Assembly: GCA_022510765.1 (NCBI GenBank)
Contig: JAFLSU010000004.1
Coordinates: forward strand, 3,608 to 67,607
DNA: 64,000 nucleotides
Source: Christensenellaceae bacterium
GTDB taxonomy: Bacteria; Bacillota; Clostridia; Christensenellales; CAG-138
Direction of reading: 5' to 3'
Each line of letters begins with the position of its first letter. Position 1 is the stretch's first letter. The position numbers were made by a program, and so were the translations under genes. The notes under the pieces are model-generated. The model was not told the DNA's origin, did no database searches, and worked only from the letters and a program-made list of their open reading frames with translations. Below are positions 54,767-64,000 of the stretch, piece by piece.

Positions 54767-55342
54767 TCATTGATCCTGCCAAATGTAACCGATGTCTGCG
54801 CCGCCGTCGCAGGTGTAAATCCATACGATCTCATCGCCATCGTTTACCGTGATCGAATCCGCTCCAACACCGGGATACTCGCCGTTGATGCGAAGGAGCC
54901 AATAGCTGCTTTCTCCGCAATCACCGTTGTACAACCCGCCGATACCCTTAATGAAGCTGCCAAAATCACCGGACTCAATGTCAACGACTATGTTGGAAAG
55001 TGAGCAAGCAACAGTGAAGATCTCGGTCACGCTTTGTGTAGCCGCACTGGCCATCTTTACCTTGTTGAGGATCATGCCGTTATTGCGAAGCTCGTTACGG
55101 ATGGCATCATCAAGGCCAGGGTTGTTGAATGCGGTCGATGCGTCAATGGTAACGAGGCATGAATACATGCCTTCCGGAATATATTCGGTAGCGTTTGGAT
55201 CCTTGGTCACGATGGTCGTACTGCCGCCCGGATTGGTAGGATTTGGACTGTCGCCGGGGGAAGTTGTATTGCATCCAAAGCAGACAACGAGCATAATGAC
55301 GCAGATGATGACGGCGGTAAGGCGCTTGAGATTGTGTTTCAT
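54767..55342 (-). CDS. DUF4430-domain lipoprotein
   Basis: ATG at 55342 after AGGAGA. Lipobox VVCFGC. C-terminal SSYWLLRINGEYPGVGADSITVNDGDEIVWIYTCD is typical of DUF4430. Confidence 0.7.
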   Translation of the reverse strand: MKHNLKRLTAVIICVIMLVVCFGCNTTSPGDSPNPTNPGGSTTIVTKDPNATEYIPEGMYSCLVTIDASTAFNNPGLDDAIRNELRNNGMILNKVKMASAATQSVTEIFTVACSLSNIVVDIESGDFGSFIKGIGGLYNGDCGESSYWLLRINGEYPGVGADSITVNDGDEIVWIYTCDGGADIGYIWQDQ

Positions 55343-55697
55343 GATTGTGAGTATCTCCTTTTCTGTTTTGTAAAGCGCTGCGGCAAAGCTGACGCAATCG
55401 CGCACTGCGGTTTGCAATGACGGCAAAACGCAACAGTATTGCAAGTATTTGCGGATCATTGATCAATGCTTGTGAATATTCAAGCAGATATGATCAGCAC
55501 AACATACAGGCATTTTATTATACACCAAATTTATGAATTATCAAGCCCCTGCCCGTAAATTAATTGAATAAGACGAAGGGGGGCGGATACAGCACGCCGT
55601 ACCGTCCCAGGCTTTCTTCGCCTTTAGGCATACCTTTTTGAAAATCAGGGGATAATCCTTTTACAAGCATTTGAGCATTTGAAGGAAGGAACGAAAA

Positions 55698-56414
55698 TTG
55701 CTAACCTTATTTATCCGTACACTTTTAGTGTATCTGTTCATGTTCGCCGTGCTTCGCCTCATGGGGAAACGGCAGCTGAGCGATATGCAGCCGTTCGACC
55801 TTGCGATAACGCTGCTGATAGCCGACCTTGCATCGGTTCCGATGTCCGATCCGTCCGTACCCCTCCTATATGGCGTGGTGCCGATCATAGCGATGTTCCT
55901 GCTGCATCGGGTCGTATCGTATGGCGCGCTTAAGAGCGAAGGGCTTCGGAAAATCGTCTGCGGCAGTCCGCTCGTCGTGATCGCGAAGGGCATAGTTCGA
56001 GAGGATGTGATGCGATCAGCAAATTATACCTTGAACGACCTTACCGAACAGCTTCGGGCAAAGGATGTGTTTGCTATATCGCAGGTGGAATACGCGATAC
56101 TTGAAACCAATGGCAGCTTGAGCGTTCTTTTAAAGGGACCGTATCAGACTCCCACCAACGAGGGCCTGAGTTTGCAATCGGAATCCGCACGACCGGCGCT
56201 TCTACTCGTTACGGATGGAAAGCTGCACAACGATGTAGTTCAGGCGGCAGGGCTTGATGAGAACGGATTGCTTAAAATCTTAAATTCCATGGGATATAAA
56301 TCGGCGCGGGAATGCTTGTTCGTCTCGCTGGACGCGAGCGGTATGCTTCACGCACAGGATAAGCAGCGGCCTTTTGCTAAAACCAAATCGCATTTTGTTC
56401 AATTGAATTCATGA
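55698..56414 (+). CDS. DUF421 (YetF-like) membrane protein
   Basis: The N-terminus (IRTLLVYLFMFAVLRLMGKRQLSDMQPFDLAITLLIADLAS) is characteristic of DUF421. TTG start. Confidence 0.8.
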   Translation: MLTLFIRTLLVYLFMFAVLRLMGKRQLSDMQPFDLAITLLIADLASVPMSDPSVPLLYGVVPIIAMFLLHRVVSYGALKSEGLRKIVCGSPLVVIAKGIVREDVMRSANYTLNDLTEQLRAKDVFAISQVEYAILETNGSLSVLLKGPYQTPTNEGLSLQSESARPALLLVTDGKLHNDVVQAAGLDENGLLKILNSMGYKSARECLFVSLDASGMLHAQDKQRPFAKTKSHFVQLNS

Positions 56415-56419
56415 CGGAA

Positions 56420-56488
56420 GTGTGAAAAATAAACTTTTCACACCGGAAAAATAGACTTTTCACACCGTGAGAAAATAGTTTCTCACGG
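56420..56488 (+). repeat. Three degenerate ~22-bp tandem units forming hairpins after the DUF421 gene
   Basis: GTGTGAAAAATAAACTTTTCACAC, then GAAAAATAGACTTTTCACACC, then CGTGAGAAAATAGTTTCTCACG. Confidence 0.5.
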
Positions 56489-56576
56489 CAGCGTTCTTTG
56501 AGCCGTTACCGCACCGAGCGGCAAATTTCCATTCGGGAAAAACGTCTCAAATTCCGAAAGTAAGGAGACAAAGTAA

Positions 56577-57008
56577 ATGACCGATTTATTAAAGAAAAAG
56601 GGCGATAAAAAATTGCGTGCGCAGGCGGCTGCCACGTTTATCGGACTGGGCGTTGCTATGCTCATACTCTTCGCGGCGTTCGTGCTGTCTAAGCTTTATC
56701 TCGATGGCCTCCAAATGAAGGTGACGCCAATGCTCGACGCGGCGCTTGAGGCGGCGGACGCCGAGGATTTTGAGACTGTTAACGAGTATGGTAAGCTGAT
56801 ACAAAAAGAGCTTCTGCACGCGGAACCCAAATTAAAGCTGATAACGAGCCACCGTGACATTATGGAAATGATGCGGTATGCGGAGGATTGGGTTCTTCTT
56901 GATACCGATGGCGACAGGATGGCGTATATAACGGACATTTCGGGAATACGAAACTGGCTTGAATTGATATGCGAAATTACGGATACCTCTATAAGCGACA
57001 TTCTATAG
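56577..57008 (+). CDS. DUF4363-like small membrane-anchored protein
   Basis: AAGGAGA SD. Single N-terminal TM. The DUF421/DUF4363 pairing is usual in Clostridia. Family call not verified. Confidence 0.55.
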   Translation: MTDLLKKKGDKKLRAQAAATFIGLGVAMLILFAAFVLSKLYLDGLQMKVTPMLDAALEAADAEDFETVNEYGKLIQKELLHAEPKLKLITSHRDIMEMMRYAEDWVLLDTDGDRMAYITDISGIRNWLELICEITDTSISDIL

Positions 57009-57303
57009 GCAAAGGTCGATAATGGATCTTTCAATAACCAATGAGGTTGATAACGGACAATTCAACAACTAATATTGAAATAAATTCAATGTCAATGCAG
57101 GAAAAACGGGTTTTGCGGCGAATTCTGCAAAGTATCGCATCCTACATTATAATTCTTTGTGATGACGGATATAATGCAGGATATTGGGACTTTGTGTCTA
57201 AGAATACCGTATGAGGATTTTGCCCGAAGCAAGTTTTTGATACGACTAAAGGTTTTGATCCAAATGCATTTGGATGTAAGGTAAACGTGAAGGAGCTGCG
57301 AAA

Positions 57304-59136
57304 TTGGCTTTACCCGAATCATGGATGAATGAACTCATGAATAGAAACGATATAGTTTCGGTCGTATCGGAGTACACGAGGCTGAAGCCCAAGGGCGGTC
57401 GCATGTGGGGTCTTTGTCCGTTCCATCCCGAAAGGGATGCCTCCTTTACTGTAACTCCCGATAAGCAGCTCTTTCATTGCTTCAGCTGTAAGGCGGGCGG
57501 CAGCGTGATCCAATTCATCATGCAAGCGGAAAATCTTCCTTATATGGATGCGATCAGATTTCTTGCGCAGCGTGCTAATATGGACATGCCCGATGAGATG
57601 GACGATGCCCGTCTCAGAGAGGAAAAGGCGCGCAGGGAAAGGCTATACAATGCCAATCGAGCCGCAGCGAAGTATTACCATTCAATGCTCCTTTCGGATG
57701 CAGGATTAAAGGCAAGGCAGTATCTAATAAGGCGTGGCATAGACGGCGGCACTGCCACGCGCTTTGGCCTTGGTTATGCGCCAAACGATTGGGACGCGCT
57801 GTTTAAGCACCTGACGGAGCTTGGCTTTAAGCGCGAGGATTTAATCGATGCGGGTTTGTGTGTCAGAGGGCGAAAGGATGAAAGCAAGACCTACGATTTC
57901 TTCCATGACAGGCTGATGTTCCCCGTAATTGCCGCAAACGGAACGGTTGTCGCGTTCGGCGGACGCATTCTGGATGGCGGGGATGGCGCAAAGTACATGA
58001 ACACGGGGGATACCCCCATTTATAATAAAAAACATAATATCTATGCGATTAACCTCATGAAGGGCAAGAAGCTTGGCGAGCTGATAATGGTTGAGGGCTA
58101 TATGGATGTTATAAGCCTGCATCAGGCGGGTATAGAGAACGCCGTTGCTTCGCTGGGCACCGCATTGACCTCACAGCAGGCGCGTTTATTGGGACGTTAT
58201 GCACCGCGCGTGTGCTATGCGTATGACGGAGATTCCGCAGGGCAGAAGGCGATGCTCAGGGGTGTCGATGTGCTTTTAGAAAGCGGTGTAGAGCCTCGGG
58301 TGATAATCATTCCAGAGGGAAAGGATCCCGATGAATTCGTTAAAGCATATGGAGCCGAAGCGTTTTTAAAGCTCAAGGATTCTTCGATAACGGCAGTGCA
58401 GTTTAAGCTCGAAAGCATCGCTTCGGAATTCGACCTGGACGATCCCGATGGCAGGGAGGGCTATGCAAAATCAGCTTGCCGTCTGCTGGCCGGCTTACAG
58501 CCGGTTGAAAGGGACAGATATATAAGGCTTGTTTCGGAGCGAAGCGGCATGAGTATTGATACGATCAAGCAGCAGTGCGGTGCAGTCGGTAATTCCACCG
58601 ATCCTGCCGATGCAGGCGGCGAGCCGAAATGGAATAATTCGCCTGATTATCGAAATAATAACTATAAAAAACGACAGACCCTGTCCGAGCGGGCAAAGGC
58701 GGAGCATATGCTTCTTGCGTGCATGATGGCATCAAGAGCCGATGCTGCGCAGATAGTGCATTTAGAGGGCTATGACGAAAAATTGTTTTCGCTTCCGGGC
58801 ATGGCGGACTTCGCAAGGAGGCTTATCGCAGCCTATAACAATGGCGCCAATGTCGAAAAGGTCGCCAATATCGACAAGGTCGACATACGAATGATGATCG
58901 CATCGCTCGAGGGCGAAGAAAGCGAAGGGCCGAGTGCTGCGGTCGCGCAGGCAGAGGATATAGAAAAGCCAATCGATTCGGCGGCGGATTGCATCAGATT
59001 CATTTTAAAGAGCGAATATGATGCAAGGATTCGTGAGCTTGCGGAGCTTTCTGCGACGGAATCCGACCCGAACAAGCGCGCAGAGCTGCTCAAGGAGCAG
59101 ATGTCGCTCGTTATCAAGAGCCGTGCCATAAGATGA
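57304..59136 (+). CDS. dnaG: DNA primase
   Basis: Zinc ribbon CPFHPERDASFTVTPDKQLFHCFSC. TOPRIM EGYMDV and DGDSAG. Followed by rpoD. Confidence 0.95.
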   Translation: MALPESWMNELMNRNDIVSVVSEYTRLKPKGGRMWGLCPFHPERDASFTVTPDKQLFHCFSCKAGGSVIQFIMQAENLPYMDAIRFLAQRANMDMPDEMDDARLREEKARRERLYNANRAAAKYYHSMLLSDAGLKARQYLIRRGIDGGTATRFGLGYAPNDWDALFKHLTELGFKREDLIDAGLCVRGRKDESKTYDFFHDRLMFPVIAANGTVVAFGGRILDGGDGAKYMNTGDTPIYNKKHNIYAINLMKGKKLGELIMVEGYMDVISLHQAGIENAVASLGTALTSQQARLLGRYAPRVCYAYDGDSAGQKAMLRGVDVLLESGVEPRVIIIPEGKDPDEFVKAYGAEAFLKLKDSSITAVQFKLESIASEFDLDDPDGREGYAKSACRLLAGLQPVERDRYIRLVSERSGMSIDTIKQQCGAVGNSTDPADAGGEPKWNNSPDYRNNNYKKRQTLSERAKAEHMLLACMMASRADAAQIVHLEGYDEKLFSLPGMADFARRLIAAYNNGANVEKVANIDKVDIRMMIASLEGEESEGPSAAVAQAEDIEKPIDSAADCIRFILKSEYDARIRELAELSATESDPNKRAELLKEQMSLVIKSRAIR

Positions 59137-59277
59137 TGCTTGAAAACACAAGCGCTTGATCGAGTGTTAGGCGTGGCTTGGAATCAGCAAAAGCAAGAGA
59201 CAATAATAAGCATTAAGATAAAAGTTAAGTAAAAGACAAGGTAAAAAACACAGAAAAACCAAGGAGGCTCAATATAC

Positions 59278-60366
<1,089 letters not shown>

Positions 60367-60394
60367 CGAGTTGCTTTTGAATATGCATTTTATG

Positions 60395-60423
60395 TTGACA
60401 AACGCACAAAATGCATATAGAAT
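60395..60423 (+). promoter_or_regulatory. Candidate sigma-A promoter of the metG T-box leader
   Basis: TTGACA-17 nt-TAGAAT. Confidence 0.6.
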
Positions 60424-60429
60424 GACAAT

Positions 60430-60761
60430 GGATTAATATTGACAATGATGAAGTGAGTAGGCAGAGCTTTCCCGAAAGCGGGGATCCGCATCAGAGAGAC
60501 GGCGTTTGGTGTAAGTCGGACGGGGGAACTGCTGAACATGGCTTCGGAGTCTCCGATGCTGAACGGGTGATGCCCTATAGAATAGGCAATGCCCCTTAAG
60601 CACGGCGTGTGCGCACGTTACAGCGCAGCCATGAGCCCATGCAATTACGCATTTGTTTGCGCATTGATATGCAGCATGTTTCGGATTTGCGTGGGGAAAT
60701 AGGGTGGTACAGCGATAACACGCCCCTATGTTCAAACGAACATAGGGGCGATTTGTTATTT
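60430..60761 (+). promoter_or_regulatory. T-box riboswitch leader (candidate Met specifier) with terminator
   Basis: AGAGAG box at 60493-60498. Distal tGGTGtaAg motif. Candidate AUG specifier at 60538-60540. T-box sequence AGGGTGGTACAGCG at 60701-60714. A 10-bp terminator stem CGCCCCTATG/CATAGGGGCG at 60721-60750, followed by a T-rich tract. Confidence 0.8.
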
Positions 60762-60830
60762 AGGTCTGCTCGTTTAGTGGCAATCAGCCATTGATCCTAT
60801 GGTTAAAAAACTTAAATGAAAGGATATAAA

Positions 60831-62855
60831 ATGGAAAAGAAAACCTACTACATTACAACCCCAATCTATTACCCGAGTGCGAAGCTGCACATCGGGCATA
60901 CATATTGCACCGTAAATACCGATGCGTTCGCAAGGTACAAGCGGCTGACAGGGCATGATGTCTACTTCCTCACTGGGGCGGATGAGCATGGTCAGAAGAT
61001 AGAGCGCAGCGCAGCGGATCAGGGCGTTACACCGCAGCAGTATGTCGACAGGATAGTGGAGGGCTTCCACTCGCTGTGGAACCTTATGGATATATCTAAC
61101 GACGGCTTTGTCCGCACGACCGATGACTACCATATGGAGTGCGTACAAAAGGTGTTTAAAAAGCTGTACGAACAGGGCGATATTTATAAGAGCAGCTATA
61201 AGGGAATGTATTGCACTCCCTGCGAATCGTTCTGGACGGAGACGCAGCTCAAGGAGAGCGGGGGAGTCTGTCCCGATTGCGGAAGACCCGTAGAGGAGGT
61301 CGAGGAGGAGAGCTATTTCCTGCGCGTCAGCAAGTATGCGCCCCGCCTCATAGAGTACATTCAGGCCAACCCCGATTTCATCCAACCCGCGTCACGCGCC
61401 AAAGAGATGCTCAATAACTTTCTGCTCCCGGGTCTTGAAGATCTTTGCGTCAGCCGCAGCACCTTCAAATGGGGCGTTCCCGTCAGCTTTGACGAGCGTC
61501 ATGTAATCTATGTTTGGTTTGACGCAGTACTTAATTACCTTTCCAAGCTTGGGTATCTGAGCGAGGACGATTCAATGTTCAGAAAGTATTGGCCTGCCGA
61601 TGTTCACATCGTGGGCAAGGAGATAGTGCGCTTCCATACCATAGTATGGCCCATCATGCTGATGGCACTGGGTCTGCCGCTTCCGAAACAGGTTTACGGG
61701 CATGGTTGGCTGGTGCTGGACGGCAAAAAGATGGGTAAATCCACAGGCAATGTCGTTGATCCGGAGAAGCTTGTCGAACGCTACGGCGTTGACGCGATAC
61801 GTTATTTCCTGTTGAGCGAGTTCCCGTTCGGCAGCGACGGAAACTTCAATAACGAGACTCTTATTACAAGGATAAACAGCGATCTTGCCAACGATCTTGG
61901 AAACCTCCTTTCGCGCACCGTTGCAATGATAGAAAAATACTTCGGTGGAATGGTACCCGAAGCGGCGGCGCCGATACCCGAGGAGGATGACACCATTATC
62001 CCGATAGCCGCAGCGCTTGCTGATAGGGTTGAGGAGTGCATGAATGCGCTTCATCCCAATGACGCGCTTTCCGAGATATTCAAGCTCATTCGTCTCTGCA
62101 ATAAGTATATCGATATTACCGCACCTTGGCTGCTTGCGAAGGATGAGACGAAAAGACCGCGCCTTGGTACGGTGCTTTACAACCTTGCGGAGTGCCTGCG
62201 CATCGCCAGCGTATGCCTGCGTCCGTTCCTAACGCGCACCGCCCCCAAGATATTCGCTCAGCTCGGCATTGGTGATGACGCAAGCATTACCGAGTTTGAT
62301 TCAATTCATGAGTTTGGCAAGCTCCCAACGGGGCTTAAGGTCGAAAAGGGCGAGGCGTTGTTCCCACGCATCGACATAGCGAAGGAGCTTGAGCATCTTG
62401 AAACCCTTCTCCCAAAGCACGAAGCGGCCTCAGTTCCAGAAAGCTCCGCAAATGACATCGTGGAAACAAAGTCCGAACCCGAAAGCGGCAAGGCTCAGCC
62501 CGATGCGACGAAACCCGAGGAAAAGCCCGAAATTTCCTATGACGAGTTTGCAAAGCTAGATCTGCGCGTTGCAAAAGTCGTTGCCTGCGAGGAGGTAAAA
62601 AAATCCAAGAAGCTTCTTAAATGCACCCTTGAAGTAGGGCAGGAGACCAGAACCGTTCTATCGGGCATTAAAGCTTGGTACAGTCCCGAGAACTTGATAG
62701 GCAAAACCGTAGTTTTGGTTGCCAACCTTGCTCCGAAGAAGATATGCGGCATAGAGAGCCATGGAATGATCCTCTGCGCGAGCGACGAGGGCGACGTTAA
62801 CCTGTCCGCGCTCACCACGATGAGCGAGATGGAGAGCGGACTTAAGATTCGCTAA
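60831..62855 (+). CDS. metG: Methionine--tRNA ligase with C-terminal tRNA-binding domain
   Basis: ATG at 60831. HIGH (KLHIGH) and KMSKS (KMGKS) motifs. Zinc knuckles CTPCESF and CPDCG. C-terminal EMAP/Trbp111-like domain. T-box leader upstream. Confidence 0.97.
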   Translation: MEKKTYYITTPIYYPSAKLHIGHTYCTVNTDAFARYKRLTGHDVYFLTGADEHGQKIERSAADQGVTPQQYVDRIVEGFHSLWNLMDISNDGFVRTTDDYHMECVQKVFKKLYEQGDIYKSSYKGMYCTPCESFWTETQLKESGGVCPDCGRPVEEVEEESYFLRVSKYAPRLIEYIQANPDFIQPASRAKEMLNNFLLPGLEDLCVSRSTFKWGVPVSFDERHVIYVWFDAVLNYLSKLGYLSEDDSMFRKYWPADVHIVGKEIVRFHTIVWPIMLMALGLPLPKQVYGHGWLVLDGKKMGKSTGNVVDPEKLVERYGVDAIRYFLLSEFPFGSDGNFNNETLITRINSDLANDLGNLLSRTVAMIEKYFGGMVPEAAAPIPEEDDTIIPIAAALADRVEECMNALHPNDALSEIFKLIRLCNKYIDITAPWLLAKDETKRPRLGTVLYNLAECLRIASVCLRPFLTRTAPKIFAQLGIGDDASITEFDSIHEFGKLPTGLKVEKGEALFPRIDIAKELEHLETLLPKHEAASVPESSANDIVETKSEPESGKAQPDATKPEEKPEISYDEFAKLDLRVAKVVACEEVKKSKKLLKCTLEVGQETRTVLSGIKAWYSPENLIGKTVVLVANLAPKKICGIESHGMILCASDEGDVNLSALTTMSEMESGLKIR

Positions 62856-62938
62856 AAAACTTAGGAATAAAAAGCGTGAAAAATAAATTCTTCAAACCCT
62901 AATTCATCCGATTACACGATGTTTCTACAATAAACAAT

Positions 62939-62961
62939 CCCCCGCTCCATAATTGCGGGGG
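62939..62961. terminator. Hairpin between convergent metG and the membrane-protein gene
   Basis: CCCCCGC-9 nt-GCGGGGG. T-rich only on the minus-strand side. Confidence 0.5.
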
Positions 62962-62980
62962 ATCGCTCTTACGTATTTGA

Positions 62981-63532
62981 TTATCGTTTGATCCGTTGTT
63001 TAACGTAACTAAAGCAGCCGATAGCCGCGAACACATACGACAGGATCAGACTAAGAAGGAAGCTCGACAGCGCCTCGGTCTCCTTGAACACTTCAGGGAG
63101 TATACGCAGACAATCAAAGAACGTAATTCGGGTCATACCTTCTTCGGTTAGCACCTTCTGGAGTTCATATGCCCAAGAGCAGCATTCGGCAAGAAACAGC
63201 ATCACTATCGTAATAATTATGCCAATAATGATCGCTTTTTTCGAGGTTATTCCCTTCTTTTTTGCGCCTGAGAACAGATCGTATCCAAACACTGCAAGGA
63301 CTATCGTGACCAATCCGCTGATTGCTGCAACGAAACCGACCAGTGAAAGGACGAACGCTATCAGACCGCCTCCGATAGAGAACAGAAACGCTCCCACGAT
63401 ACCCGCAAGCGTGTTTTCAGTCTCCGGTGAGCCGTTGTTATAGGCGGGGGCCTGCTGACCGTAGAAATATTCTTCGGCAGGATGGTCATTCTGCTCCGTC
63501 ACGGCAGAATGATCGTTTTCAAAATCACTCAT
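62981..63532 (-). CDS. Hypothetical membrane protein
   Basis: ATG at 63532 after AAGGAGG. Acidic N-terminus followed by about 4 TM. No family recognised. Confidence 0.55.
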   Translation of the reverse strand: MSDFENDHSAVTEQNDHPAEEYFYGQQAPAYNNGSPETENTLAGIVGAFLFSIGGGLIAFVLSLVGFVAAISGLVTIVLAVFGYDLFSGAKKKGITSKKAIIIGIIITIVMLFLAECCSWAYELQKVLTEEGMTRITFFDCLRILPEVFKETEALSSFLLSLILSYVFAAIGCFSYVKQRIKR

Positions 63533-63851
63533 ATGTGATACCTCCTTTATGTCGAAAAGTATACCATAAGCATTCATTTAACGCAACAGGTCGATTGTTG
63601 AAAGAAAACCGATTTTTGAACGGGATTATAATATACGATTGAAAAACACTTGAAAAACAAAAAACAAAGGCCGCTGCCCTTGCGACCCTTGTTTTTCTCA
63701 AATATAACAGGAAGGAAACTCTATGAATCGGAACCCCTTGTTGCTCCTCATCTGACTATATAACGAACGAGAAGCAGTTTCGGTTGAAGTTTTTTAAAAA
63801 AACTTAAAAATTTTTTGCACTTTTAAACGATGCCAAATCAATAATACCCAA

Positions 63852-64000
63852 TCATAGAAGCGTTCGAATCATGTCGGACAGAACCCCTGCATGGGTTCTG
63901 GGGATGTCATGTCCGGCATTTTCAATATACTTATGTGAAGCGCGTGGGATAGCGTCCGCAATCTTTTCGGAATGCTTGTGGTCTATCAACCCATCCTTGC
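63852..64000 (-). CDS. Alpha/beta-hydrolase-fold protein, C-terminal fragment (continues beyond the window)
   Basis: My own translation of the minus strand gives ..IADAIPRASHKYIENAGHDIPRTHAGVLSDMIRTLL-stop. The AGH context is typical of the catalytic His of alpha/beta hydrolases. This ORF is not in the supplied track. Confidence 0.4.
   Translation of the reverse strand, partial: KDGLIDHKHSEKIADAIPRASHKYIENAGHDIPRTHAGVLSDMIRTLL

Noticed and set aside
55343-55560. I searched for a cobalamin riboswitch upstream of the DUF4430 gene.
   Set aside because: I found no B12-box-like GCCACTG core and no multi-helix junction. Only a small TTGCAAT/ATTGCAA hairpin is present.

Overview
This 64-kb window is chromosomal DNA from a fairly GC-rich Firmicute (sampled lines about 55-62% G+C; not computed window-wide). 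It is probably a Clostridia/Oscillospiraceae (Ruminococcus-like) organism. The supporting cues are a CIRCE/HrcA heat-shock operon, a T-box leader, dnaG-rpoD, a dockerin-bearing LRR protein and a DUF421/DUF4363 pair.

The housekeeping backbone contains yidC-jag-mnmE, glgB, a MATE exporter and a vitamin B6 salvage locus (MocR regulator, pdxK, small S-component-like permease). It also holds a thiolase/CoA-transferase operon, archaeal-type aspS, an L,D-transpeptidase, orphan nrdG and hrcA-grpE-dnaK-dnaJ. Further along are zapA, a U32 peptidase, mutS2, a two-component system with htrA, dnaG-rpoD and T-box-controlled metG.

The accessory content is:
- a roughly 9-kb orphan, rearranged podovirus-like virion/lysis module (38.4-47.6 kb) with no portal, terminase or integrase, split by a DMT transporter gene;
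- a low-GC two-gene islet (lipoprotein plus snapalysin-like metzincin) flanked by ~70-bp direct repeats;
- a heterodimeric ABC exporter pair;
- an SGNH/DUF4358/DHHW cluster;
- two families of short intergenic repeats: a ~93-bp MITE-like element in four copies and a nested-hairpin element in three copies;
- several long, structured leaders upstream of the MATE, LRR-dockerin and capsid genes.

I recognised no rRNA, tRNA or CRISPR. All family assignments come from motif recognition by eye and need HMM or BLAST confirmation.
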